A stretch of 28,450 bases of DNA, from positions 1 through 28,450 of IMG/VR virus record IMGVR_UViG_3300012041_000055, one strand, 5' to 3'. The notes under the pieces were generated by a model. It ran no database searches and had not been told where the DNA came from. It saw only the letters and a program-made list of their open reading frames with translations. Each line of letters opens with the position of its first letter. Within the stretch, counting starts at the first letter, position 1. Origin of the DNA: a virus. Its lineage: Duplodnaviria; Caudoviricetes. Shown in pieces: positions 18,074 through 26,863 of this stretch. A program made the position numbers and the translations under genes.

Positions 18074-18856
18074 ATGGACCCGCAACTCATGGCACTTCTC
18101 GGTCAGCAAGAAGATTCTGGCAATCCTATGATGCGCGTCATCCAGATGATGATGAATCAAGGTCAAGGTGGCAGACCGGCCGGAGCTAATATGGACCCAC
18201 GCCTTGCTGCTATGCAAAAGATGCAGTCTTCTGCTCCAGTTGGTCAGTTCCCACCCGACGGCTTCCGTAGTATTCAGGGACCAGAAGGAGGCAGATCACC
18301 AAATACACGCGGTTTCGAGAACGAACAGGGTGCAGCATTTGGCATGTATCCAAATGCTGCTGGTCGTACTGGAGAAATGAATCAACCGATGGAGAGAGCG
18401 GCTCCGCAGTCCACGGAGCAGGAATTGGAAGACGTTTATTCTGAGAAACGATCTTATAAAGGCCCTGATATACCACTCGATCAACTGCCGACAGGACCAG
18501 AAGACCCTTACGAAGCAGAACATATGTTTAGTGATCTGCCTCCATCAGTAAAGCGTCGTCATGACACTTTCAAAATGCGAAACAAAGGTGAGGGGCCTGC
18601 TACTGACTCTGAATACGATAATGAAACACAAACGACAGAAGAAGAACTCGAAGACGTTCACTCACAAATGGACAAGGAAGCAGGCATCGCCGGAGAAGAC
18701 AGGGCACTTGGTACGCCTCCACTGTTTTCTGGCGATCTCGCGGAAGACTTAACTGTGTTCGACGAGCTTGATCCAGAAGACCTGACCTCAAACGATATCG
18801 AGTTGTTCATTCACCTACATGGTAAGGACGCTTTACCGAAGGGTTATTTCGACTAG
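18074..18856 (+). CDS. Acidic, largely disordered hypothetical protein (possible internal protein)
   Basis: AGGAG RBS; Met/Gln/Gly-rich N-half and Asp/Glu-rich C-half. Confidence 0.6.
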   Translation: MDPQLMALLGQQEDSGNPMMRVIQMMMNQGQGGRPAGANMDPRLAAMQKMQSSAPVGQFPPDGFRSIQGPEGGRSPNTRGFENEQGAAFGMYPNAAGRTGEMNQPMERAAPQSTEQELEDVYSEKRSYKGPDIPLDQLPTGPEDPYEAEHMFSDLPPSVKRRHDTFKMRNKGEGPATDSEYDNETQTTEEELEDVHSQMDKEAGIAGEDRALGTPPLFSGDLAEDLTVFDELDPEDLTSNDIELFIHLHGKDALPKGYFD

Positions 18857-18879
18857 ACTCATACATGAGAGTTATACAT

Positions 18880-19359
18880 ATGGCTGATCCCTTTGCTGAG
18901 ATGTTTGCCGCTGATCGGCAGCCGCGTACCGATCCATATACTGAGATGCTAAAACTATCCGAAGAAGACCCACGCATCAAGGCTATAATGGAAATGCGTG
19001 GAACTGATCAAATGCACAAAGGTGATCCGTCGCCTAGAGATATTCTCGCTGGGCGGATGATGAATATGTTGTTTAAGGGACTACACGATCCTGTTAGTAC
19101 GCCGGACCTTTCAGGTTTTACACCAAACTACGAGCCAGGAAAGCCTATTCCTAGTATACAACGTAGCACAGAACAGTTTAAGAGATACGTTGGAGATGCT
19201 CCGCGCGGTGATGAAGAACTTGACGCTGTTTGGGGAGGCGACGACAATGAGAATAATACCTATATACTCAAAACACCCAATAAAGATAATCCACCACAAA
19301 CAACAGAGGAAGAATTGGAACTAATCCAACGACTGATGGATCGTGATCTAGGATTGTGA
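18880..19359 (+). CDS. Acidic hypothetical protein (possible internal protein)
   Basis: ORF from ATG 18865 or in-frame ATG 18880 (GAGAG upstream); shares a QTTEEELE motif with the preceding gene. Confidence 0.6.
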   Translation: MADPFAEMFAADRQPRTDPYTEMLKLSEEDPRIKAIMEMRGTDQMHKGDPSPRDILAGRMMNMLFKGLHDPVSTPDLSGFTPNYEPGKPIPSIQRSTEQFKRYVGDAPRGDEELDAVWGGDDNENNTYILKTPNKDNPPQTTEEELELIQRLMDRDLGL

Positions 19360-19368
19360 GTCATACAC

Positions 19369-22300
19369 ATGACTGATGCCTATTCGTCGATGTTTGGTCT
19401 AGCTGACTTCGAATTTCCAGAAACCGAAGAACAGCAAAAGCTGCGCAGAGAAAAGGCGCTGGCCGAAGCCATTCAAATAGAAGAAGCCCAAACCGGAGAG
19501 CGGTCAACGCTTCGCGATCAGGCTATGTTCGCTACAGGTGGCGTCCGTCATACAGCGAGTGGCTTTCTTGGTGGTATAGCTGGTGCGCCGTGGGATATCG
19601 GCGCACTGATCACGGAAGGATCGGCAGCACTGCCATCGTCACCATCGTTTGGCGGAGCCTTGTTGAAGGCTCCGGCAGCGGCTTTAGGCGCTGCTGGTAT
19701 CGAACCACAAGCCGCAGCCAATTGGATGCGTCAACAGGGTAAAGGCGCGCGTTCGTTCTTTGATGAAATCACAGGAACAGAACTTCCTCCACAAACTTCT
19801 GTGGAAAAAGGCGGTCGCCTTCTTGGTGAATCTGCTCAACCAGCAGGAAAGTTAACCATTCCACTCACCGCCGCAGTAGCTGGTGCTAAGTACTTTTCAC
19901 AACCTAACCAACCAGCGATGGATGAGCCATCGCTAATGACCGGTCGGCCGCTGCCGCCGCCGGAACGAACCTTCTCTTGGCTTGATTCTGTTTCACCGAT
20001 TTCAACCGCACTAGCTGCGCCGCAGCCGAGTGTGAGTCATACACCAAAAGAGATTACAGTCGAAGCCCAAGGTGGACCGGTAAGCTTCAACTGGAAAGAT
20101 TATGCAACGATGGGCGGTCTAGTTGCAGCAACCGCAGGAATGATCTTTGCGCCTAAGTTGATTGGTACATTTACACGCGGCGCGGTTCCGCGTCTCCGTC
20201 CGGTCGTTGATGCTGCTCCTGGTACATCGACGATCAGTACCGTTGGTGATTACATGCGAACGCAGGATGACGTTAATGCTGGTCTGGTTCGAATAGCTGA
20301 ACGTGCTGGTTCTCCCGTTCCAGTCGTAGATGCACTAAAGGACCGCCTCCGCTTTCAGACTAGGGGCGAAGCAAATGCCCTTGGTGAGTCCGCCATTATT
20401 GGTGGTCGCGCCGAAACTCCTACGTTTACATTTCAAACTGCTGTACCGATGGCCGATCTGATTGCTGCTAATGTTCCGAACGCTTCACGGTATATGAACC
20501 TTCGCAATATATTTGATGAGATTGGTATGATCGATGCCCGGATTGCAGCCGGTCGTATAAAGAACCCGCCTCCTGGACCTACAACGGTTCAGGGGATGGC
20601 CATGCCTGATGTGCTACAGGAAATGCACGCACTCGAACAAGCCACTCCGCAATTGCGGCAGCTTGCCCAAGGCTACACACAAAACCTGCGTGACTTACGA
20701 AAGTTTGAAGAAGTTGGTGAGTATGGAACACTCAGTAAAAAAGAACGCGCTTGGGAAAATTCGAACCGTCCTAATGATACGGCATTTACAGGTATGCGCG
20801 CACTTGATGAAGCTCCGGTAGATGACATACTGCAAAACTCAGCGGTAACCATTGCCAGTAGGATCAAGTTTCGTATTGAGAACGAATCAAAAGGTATGTA
20901 TATTGACGAACTCAGAAAAGTAAGACCGGAACTGGCCGTAGGGCCTGTTTCCAAAGAATGGCTCGATAAGCATCCGAGAGCAGAAACTAGAGTCGTTACA
21001 TTCTATCGTCGTGGTGTATTGGAGCGATATACTGTCGATCCGTACATTGCTGATGTAATGAAACTCGATCCATACTATATGACAGGTGCGGCTCAACAGG
21101 TTTTGTATGGAAGCAAACGCCTTTTGGAAATGGGTGCTACTGGCGCTTTAGCCCCATGGTTTATATCGACAAGCTTTATACGAAGTGTTTGGATCAATCG
21201 ACATACCGCAGCCAGTGCTTTTCCTGGAGCCAAAAGTGTAGGATTTACTCGATCGCTCTATGCTGTTCCACAACAGCTTGTTCCACAATTGGCCAAGGCC
21301 GTTAGCAGTTCATTGGATCGTGGTAGTGCTGGTTGGCTACTGCGGACGCTCAATGTAAGTGCAGGAAATATCCAAGCATTAAGTACACGCTTGGCTCACA
21401 CCTATCATAATAGTCTATTTCATCAATTGCAATCTGTTGGTAGTACGCATGGAAACGTACTGACACAGCAAGCAATTGCACGTAATCAATTCAATAGAGC
21501 AATTCAGACCACAACTGGTCCACTCAAATCCTTACTAAGTATGTACATGCGGATGGTTGAAGCTGGTCATAATGCACCATCATTTGCATTTGCTAGTAAA
21601 AATTATGGTAAAGTATCGCTCCCCAAATTAGCAGGAGCGTCACGACACCTAACGGGTAGCCCTCGTGTCGGTGGACAATACTACAGTGGTGGCGGGCTGT
21701 TTACCGGCGGCACAAAACCAATTCGGTTTGAAGATACACGAACCGACTGGCGCGGTCGTGTGAGTCGTACAGTACACCGTACTATTGCTCAGCCATATGG
21801 ATACGCAACAGAATTGGGTCGGTCGACTGTTCCGTGGTTCAACGTTACTACGCAAGGCGTCAAACGTATCGGTGAAGCATACATTAAAAATCCAGCAGGG
21901 TTCATTGGGCGCACTTGGCTCTATACAATGCTGCCTGCGGCTGCTGGTTATATGTATACGGCAGGATTGGGTAAAGACCCAAATGGTCTTAGCTATATTG
22001 ATTATATGTTCAATCGACGTAACGATTACAAAAAGACAATGAATTTCTACATTCCTATTCCCGGCCGTCCTGCCGAAGAAGGAATCGAGTTTCCACGCTT
22101 TCACGAACTGGCTCCGGCCGCTCGTATGATGGAAACCGCTCTACATCATATGACACATTCCAGTCTATTCTCGCAAACTGAGGACTTTATGCGCGTGGCG
22201 CAAAGCTTTTTCAATATTGCGATCTCTCCACCCCTACCGCCTATATTCGGTGTAAGTGCTGCCACTATGGGATATACAGCGCCGCAGGGTGTGTTTGGTG

Positions 22301-23319
22301 GCGAGATGTACAAACGCCGCTCCGAGCCCTTCGATCAATCCGGCGGACTACCCATTAATATTGAGCTTCTCATTCGTGCTCTTGGCGGGGGGATCGGTGA
22401 CGTTGTAGGTGCCGGAGCGGCGGCATTCACACAAACGCCAGAAGGTATAGACAAGGCATTCAAAAACGCTCTTGCAGAAATGGGAACGCGGGCTGTTTCC
22501 AAAACACCAATTCTCAGGGACGTACTCGGTATCCACGCGCCTTCGATTGGCAATACAGATGTTGTCAGTAAAATGTTTGAAAAGAATCGAGCAATTAAAC
22601 AACTGAGCGGATACTACAATAAATGGACTGTAAAAGATGGTGCATTGTATGGCGGTGATCCAGGAAAGAAAAGGGATGTGATAACTGAATCTGGTGAACG
22701 AGTCGCACAGGAGAAACTCGGTCCACGTCCACCGAGAGGCAATCCAGGTATGGGACAAAAAGACCCAACCAATCCGCTTTACATACAGTTTGCCAAGGAA
22801 GTGCATGAGAAGTTCATGCGTGATGCAACGTTATCAGCAGGTGGCCAGAAGCATTGGCAAAATCTAGAAAACCAAAAGGCAAAGTTTGCAAACGATCCAA
22901 TCAAACTGTCTGAAATTAAAGCAAAGCAAGAAAAAATAGAACAGGAGGAAAATGTCGGAGGCATCGGTTTCAAATCACTGTTTGAACGCTATAACATTGC
23001 GACTCGTGCAATCCAGCGTATCAACAAAGTGAATGCTGGCAATTTCGTAACTTGGCAGGACTATCTTTTGAATGAAGGAGAAGTGACGCAGTATCTACAC
23101 GAGAACAAAGTGAATATACAAGACCCCGTTTCCGTCAAGAATTTCTATGAGCGTCAACGTCAGGACGCCGCCCGTGTAATTCTGCATACAATCAAAGCCG
23201 TTGAAAATGACTTCTCAAAAAGAATAGGCCAGCCGATCAAAATTGAAGACTTGAAACCATACGGCCCAGGCACTATAGAATTGCCAGAAGTAGAGGTTAC
23301 TGATACTGGACTGTACTAA
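19369..23319 (+). CDS. Large internal virion / ejectosome protein (positional analogue of T7 gp16)
   Basis: 1316 aa, helical with Gly/Ala-rich hydrophobic segments; last gene of the virion arm. Confidence 0.65.
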   Translation: MTDAYSSMFGLADFEFPETEEQQKLRREKALAEAIQIEEAQTGERSTLRDQAMFATGGVRHTASGFLGGIAGAPWDIGALITEGSAALPSSPSFGGALLKAPAAALGAAGIEPQAAANWMRQQGKGARSFFDEITGTELPPQTSVEKGGRLLGESAQPAGKLTIPLTAAVAGAKYFSQPNQPAMDEPSLMTGRPLPPPERTFSWLDSVSPISTALAAPQPSVSHTPKEITVEAQGGPVSFNWKDYATMGGLVAATAGMIFAPKLIGTFTRGAVPRLRPVVDAAPGTSTISTVGDYMRTQDDVNAGLVRIAERAGSPVPVVDALKDRLRFQTRGEANALGESAIIGGRAETPTFTFQTAVPMADLIAANVPNASRYMNLRNIFDEIGMIDARIAAGRIKNPPPGPTTVQGMAMPDVLQEMHALEQATPQLRQLAQGYTQNLRDLRKFEEVGEYGTLSKKERAWENSNRPNDTAFTGMRALDEAPVDDILQNSAVTIASRIKFRIENESKGMYIDELRKVRPELAVGPVSKEWLDKHPRAETRVVTFYRRGVLERYTVDPYIADVMKLDPYYMTGAAQQVLYGSKRLLEMGATGALAPWFISTSFIRSVWINRHTAASAFPGAKSVGFTRSLYAVPQQLVPQLAKAVSSSLDRGSAGWLLRTLNVSAGNIQALSTRLAHTYHNSLFHQLQSVGSTHGNVLTQQAIARNQFNRAIQTTTGPLKSLLSMYMRMVEAGHNAPSFAFASKNYGKVSLPKLAGASRHLTGSPRVGGQYYSGGGLFTGGTKPIRFEDTRTDWRGRVSRTVHRTIAQPYGYATELGRSTVPWFNVTTQGVKRIGEAYIKNPAGFIGRTWLYTMLPAAAGYMYTAGLGKDPNGLSYIDYMFNRRNDYKKTMNFYIPIPGRPAEEGIEFPRFHELAPAARMMETALHHMTHSSLFSQTEDFMRVAQSFFNIAISPPLPPIFGVSAATMGYTAPQGVFGGEMYKRRSEPFDQSGGLPINIELLIRALGGGIGDVVGAGAAAFTQTPEGIDKAFKNALAEMGTRAVSKTPILRDVLGIHAPSIGNTDVVSKMFEKNRAIKQLSGYYNKWTVKDGALYGGDPGKKRDVITESGERVAQEKLGPRPPRGNPGMGQKDPTNPLYIQFAKEVHEKFMRDATLSAGGQKHWQNLENQKAKFANDPIKLSEIKAKQEKIEQEENVGGIGFKSLFERYNIATRAIQRINKVNAGNFVTWQDYLLNEGEVTQYLHENKVNIQDPVSVKNFYERQRQDAARVILHTIKAVENDFSKRIGQPIKIEDLKPYGPGTIELPEVEVTDTGLY

Positions 23320-23402
23320 GAGAACGCATACGTCAAAATAACGGCTCCAATTATCGTTAGGATAACACCCAGTATTGCCTCATCCAGTTCGTATGTAAAC
23401 AT
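23316..23402 (-). CDS. 28-aa single-pass membrane peptide (MFTYELDEAILGVILTIIGAVILTYAFS), below the ORF-track cutoff
   Basis: AGGAG 8 nt upstream of the ATG; one long hydrophobic stretch; exactly fills the gap between the two arms. Confidence 0.6.
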   Translation of the reverse strand: MFTYELDEAILGVILTIIGAVILTYAFS

Positions 23403-23406
23403 CACT

Positions 23407-23703
23407 CTATCTCCTGTGGTCCGCTGGCCATCCGTTGCAGTGCGCTATTTCGTGACGCAGTACCGCCTCTTTATCATATAGAGAATCGGTGCTGATAATC
23501 ACAACGCATCGATTGCCCATACTGTAGCTGCAGCCAGCAACGCTACCTGTACGAGATATTACGTATGCATTGCACATACGATTAGCCTCATCCCCAGAAA
23601 CGCGTTTGATTAATAACTCACCTGAAAACGGATGATCATAGATTGCTGGCGGTGCTATTGGCGCGCATCCTATTAGTAGCAGTATTGGTACGAACTTTAT
23701 CAT
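23407..23703 (-). CDS. Small predicted lipoprotein with HExxH motif
   Basis: MIKFVPILLLIG-C lipobox-like signal; LRHEIAHCNGW zincin-type motif; four further Cys. Confidence 0.65.
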   Translation of the reverse strand: MIKFVPILLLIGCAPIAPPAIYDHPFSGELLIKRVSGDEANRMCNAYVISRTGSVAGCSYSMGNRCVVIISTDSLYDKEAVLRHEIAHCNGWPADHRR

Positions 23704-23951
23704 ATCTCTCTTATCCTATCAGTTGCTCGCCAGATGGTTGTGTTAGTACCCTGATTAGAAGTACCAAGGTTGGACTTGATGAACTTATCGACCTTGCGCT
23801 GCGACTGTAGATATTCGAGATATGCTACGCAGTCAGCCGCTTTCGTCTTTACAACCACTCGGCCAGTGATCTTCTGTTGCTGGACGCCCTTCGGTCCCGC
23901 CTTAATCAGCATCTGAATTACTACCTCTTGCCAGTCTCCGTATTGCCACAC
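23700..23951 (-). CDS. Small basic hypothetical protein, possibly winged-helix
   Basis: 83 aa; AAGGA upstream of GTG; helix-helix-helix-strand-strand pattern by eye; ATGA overlap with the next gene. Confidence 0.55.
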   Translation of the reverse strand: MWQYGDWQEVVIQMLIKAGPKGVQQQKITGRVVVKTKAADCVAYLEYLQSQRKVDKFIKSNLGTSNQGTNTTIWRATDRIREI

Positions 23952-24144
23952 GGTCGTAGTCCTTCATAACGAATCCCAAACCCATACAATGACAGCATCT
24001 TATTGATATGGATGTACTATATTGTAATGTATTATGTTGTACATAATTAGTAGATTCCACATAAAGAGATTTCTTTCCTTTGCAACAAGGACACTCGATT
24101 CGAAATTCTTCTGGATATCGAATGTCAAGTTCTGTATGACTCAC
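23902..24144 (-). CDS. Small Zn-finger protein (DnaJ-type CxxCxGxG-like)
   Basis: CPCCKGKK and CCHCMGLG motifs; likely GTG start overlapping the polymerase stop (GTGA). Confidence 0.55.
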   Translation of the reverse strand: MSHTELDIRYPEEFRIECPCCKGKKSLYVESTNYVQHNTLQYSTSISIRCCHCMGLGFVMKDYDRVAIRRLARGSNSDAD

Positions 24145-26705
24145 AATTCCATCTTTACCATGTGCGCCCATCTATGCAGTCCTTTCTTTTGATCTAGTAC
24201 AAACGTTCCAGGAGTCTTCACCTTCTTGCCACTCCAATCCACTGTAGCTTTCTCGTTCCAGATTGTGGGAACCGAAATTTTCAATTCCGCCGGAATACTC
24301 AACGGTTCCGCCGGCCTTCTTTTCCACACATCTTGTATCCATATCGGTTCCTCCGCATACTTCTTTAGAATTGCACCCACTGTCTTAGCGACGCGAGGCG
24401 TGGAAATCGCGACAAGATTGTCATGCACATCAATAGCGACCCTAGCCCTGCCCGTCGGCCAGTCGTCATCTTCCATGGATTGATACCAAGACCTTGTAAC
24501 TTTGTCACCAATAGTCGATTGCGGGTAAAACGCAATAATGGACTCCAATACTGAGTCGTCGAGTTGCTGAACGACTTTAAGCCTACGGCCATAGGCGTTC
24601 GATATGGATTTCGTCGCACGGAATTCTCTTTCTTCTTGCGTCCACCAACGCTTAATCTCTGGAGTAATTTGGTGGTAGATAATGAATGATCGTTGGGCTT
24701 GGAAATATGGAAGACCTGTGACCTCCGCAAGCTTTTCCATTTGCATACGATAGTTAAGTCCATGCCTGCACCTTTTCGCTATATATCTGATCGTCGGCTT
24801 GTCGTCTTCGTCCCAATCCGACTTCGGAACTTGATCGTAGGGCACCTTAAACATTTCGCTGGCCAAGGCTCTGTGTGAGTCGTACATGCCGTCAATTTTC
24901 GCTTGAGCGTATTGATCCTTCCATGTCTGAATATCTGCACGAAAAGAAACAACTTGTGCTTCTGCTTGGGATAGATCAAAATATACAAGGACACAACCGT
25001 CATCCGCGACGTATTGGACACGAGCACGAACTGGTTGATTTTGCATATTCCCACCGTCACCGTCGAGCAACTTAGTACTCGATAGACGGCCTGGAGCCTT
25101 TGCAACCCCATATTGTTTGTAGTCGCAGCGAAATCTGCCATCAGATGACACTCTGGATTTCGCATACGTCGAAAAGAACTTGTGTTCCTCTTTGAATTTG
25201 TTGAGCGCAACGATCATCTCCTTTGCCAGCGGAGGCGTAGTCGGTTCTTTGAGGATAATATTTCTATTTTCCTCATTGGTCGAGCGCCCCCGACCCCTAA
25301 GCTTGAGTATGTCGAAGAAGAACACCTGTAGCTGTTGCCAGGAAGACGGCAACGGATAGTATTCTTCGTCGCCGGTAATTTCATGAACAATCCTATAGAA
25401 CTCATTCTCAAAAGTCTTAACATCCTGCTCACACTCTTTAATGACGCGTTGCTTAACCACTTCATCTGATTTAACTCCATGGATTGTAGCTTCGACTAAA
25501 TGTGGCTGAGCACGCATCACATGACCAAAGAAAAACTTATCCATCCCGGAGGTTTTCAGTTCCCTTGTCAATCGCTCGTGGACGGCGTAGGTGAGAGCGG
25601 CATCTTTACAATTATACTTCCAGTACGTATCAATATCTCCACCCTCCTTCCAGATTTTAGCATCATCCTTGTAAAAAGGATGCGTGGTATAGCATGATAC
25701 AAGGAAAGCCAAACTGTGAGGCAGTCGTGGCAACAGGGTATGATGCGCGAGTAGAGTATCGAACCAGAGTCGAATCTTGAGCCTTTCACGCATCCCGGTC
25801 CAGTAAGAGTCAAAGCCACCATTCTGCGCGATAATGTTGTGTGAGTCACACAGAGCTTGCAACGCATACAAAATGTCCGCTTCTTGAGACACTGTAAAGC
25901 GATTTTGGACAGTATCTCTAAGGCTAATGCACATAGCTTTGTGTGGATCGTTACTGAGTCCGTAGCAAGCCGTGTATCCATTAATGCCTTCGATGTCAAA
26001 CGAAACTGGCTTTGTAGATTTCTGTAGATCACGAATGAACGCGAGTACTTCCTTGTACGTCGGGTTAATAATCTCCTCGATGTAGTGCATCCTGTAGACA
26101 TTGCGGATCACCATGTCCAACTTATGCAGATCGGCCATGAAGATTGGCTCGAACCGTGGATCGCGTCCATGCATTGCATATGCTGGATTGATCGTACAGA
26201 CGATCCAACCCTCTTTACCATTGGGTAGTACACTCTCAATGACAGAACCTCGCCAGTTCAGAATGCCTGCCTCTCCGGTCATGGCCTCTAATGCCATGGA
26301 GCCAAGACATACTATGATCTTGGCTTTTGGTAACTGCTCCAACTCCCATTGCAGTAGTGCCGTCCACTGATCTAACTCGTCTTGGTGGACTTCGTGTCGC
26401 TCGTTGGTCCTTCGACTAAGACTAATTTGTCGTTTGACCACGTTAGTACAATACGCGTTGTGTCTTCCAATATGAAACTTTCCAGTGACTCGCCATAGCA
26501 TCTGACCAGCGCCCCCGACAAACGGTCGTCTACTTCTATCGCGAACCTCTGATTCCCCCGGCCCTTCACCAACAAAAACCACTTCGGCGTCGATTGGACC
26601 ATCACTAAATACCTCCGTTTTGAGTCCGATCAGATCAGCTTGGTCACGAAACTCTTGCTCTAGAGTTTCTCTTGTGTGCGGTTTGTTTCTTGTCCTTCTT
26701 GACAT
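24141..26705 (-). CDS. polA: Family A DNA polymerase with N-terminal uracil-DNA glycosylase (family 4)-like domain and 3'-5' exonuclease
   Basis: UDG-like: VFVGEGPG..E, PFVGGAG, TNVVK, IVCLG..A, RGS. Exo: FDIE, QNGGFD, YNCKD. Pol: GRLSS..NMQNQP, motif A DLSQAE, motif B RxxAKxxxHGxNY, motif C VHD. Confidence 0.93.
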   Translation of the reverse strand: MSRRTRNKPHTRETLEQEFRDQADLIGLKTEVFSDGPIDAEVVFVGEGPGESEVRDRSRRPFVGGAGQMLWRVTGKFHIGRHNAYCTNVVKRQISLSRRTNERHEVHQDELDQWTALLQWELEQLPKAKIIVCLGSMALEAMTGEAGILNWRGSVIESVLPNGKEGWIVCTINPAYAMHGRDPRFEPIFMADLHKLDMVIRNVYRMHYIEEIINPTYKEVLAFIRDLQKSTKPVSFDIEGINGYTACYGLSNDPHKAMCISLRDTVQNRFTVSQEADILYALQALCDSHNIIAQNGGFDSYWTGMRERLKIRLWFDTLLAHHTLLPRLPHSLAFLVSCYTTHPFYKDDAKIWKEGGDIDTYWKYNCKDAALTYAVHERLTRELKTSGMDKFFFGHVMRAQPHLVEATIHGVKSDEVVKQRVIKECEQDVKTFENEFYRIVHEITGDEEYYPLPSSWQQLQVFFFDILKLRGRGRSTNEENRNIILKEPTTPPLAKEMIVALNKFKEEHKFFSTYAKSRVSSDGRFRCDYKQYGVAKAPGRLSSTKLLDGDGGNMQNQPVRARVQYVADDGCVLVYFDLSQAEAQVVSFRADIQTWKDQYAQAKIDGMYDSHRALASEMFKVPYDQVPKSDWDEDDKPTIRYIAKRCRHGLNYRMQMEKLAEVTGLPYFQAQRSFIIYHQITPEIKRWWTQEEREFRATKSISNAYGRRLKVVQQLDDSVLESIIAFYPQSTIGDKVTRSWYQSMEDDDWPTGRARVAIDVHDNLVAISTPRVAKTVGAILKKYAEEPIWIQDVWKRRPAEPLSIPAELKISVPTIWNEKATVDWSGKKVKTPGTFVLDQKKGLHRWAHMVKMEL

Positions 26706-26838
26706 TTAGCATCGCCCCTTTCCTAGATATGATGTAGTGTTGTCCGCTCGAAAGATTCCAACCTGTTCTGCGAAGTGGGTTGGCAACATACGGAGACTGC
26801 CACTGTTCTTCCATAATCTCTTTGAGTGTACGACTCAC
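26644..26838 (-). CDS. Possible 64-aa basic hypothetical protein
   Basis: Fills the gap between helicase and polymerase but overlaps the polymerase start by 62 nt and lacks a clear RBS. Confidence 0.3.
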   Translation of the reverse strand: MSRTLKEIMEEQWQSPYVANPLRRTGWNLSSGQHYIISRKGAMLNVKKDKKQTAHKRNSRARVS

Positions 26839-26863
26839 GTTATGTACCGATGTGCTGTGCGAC

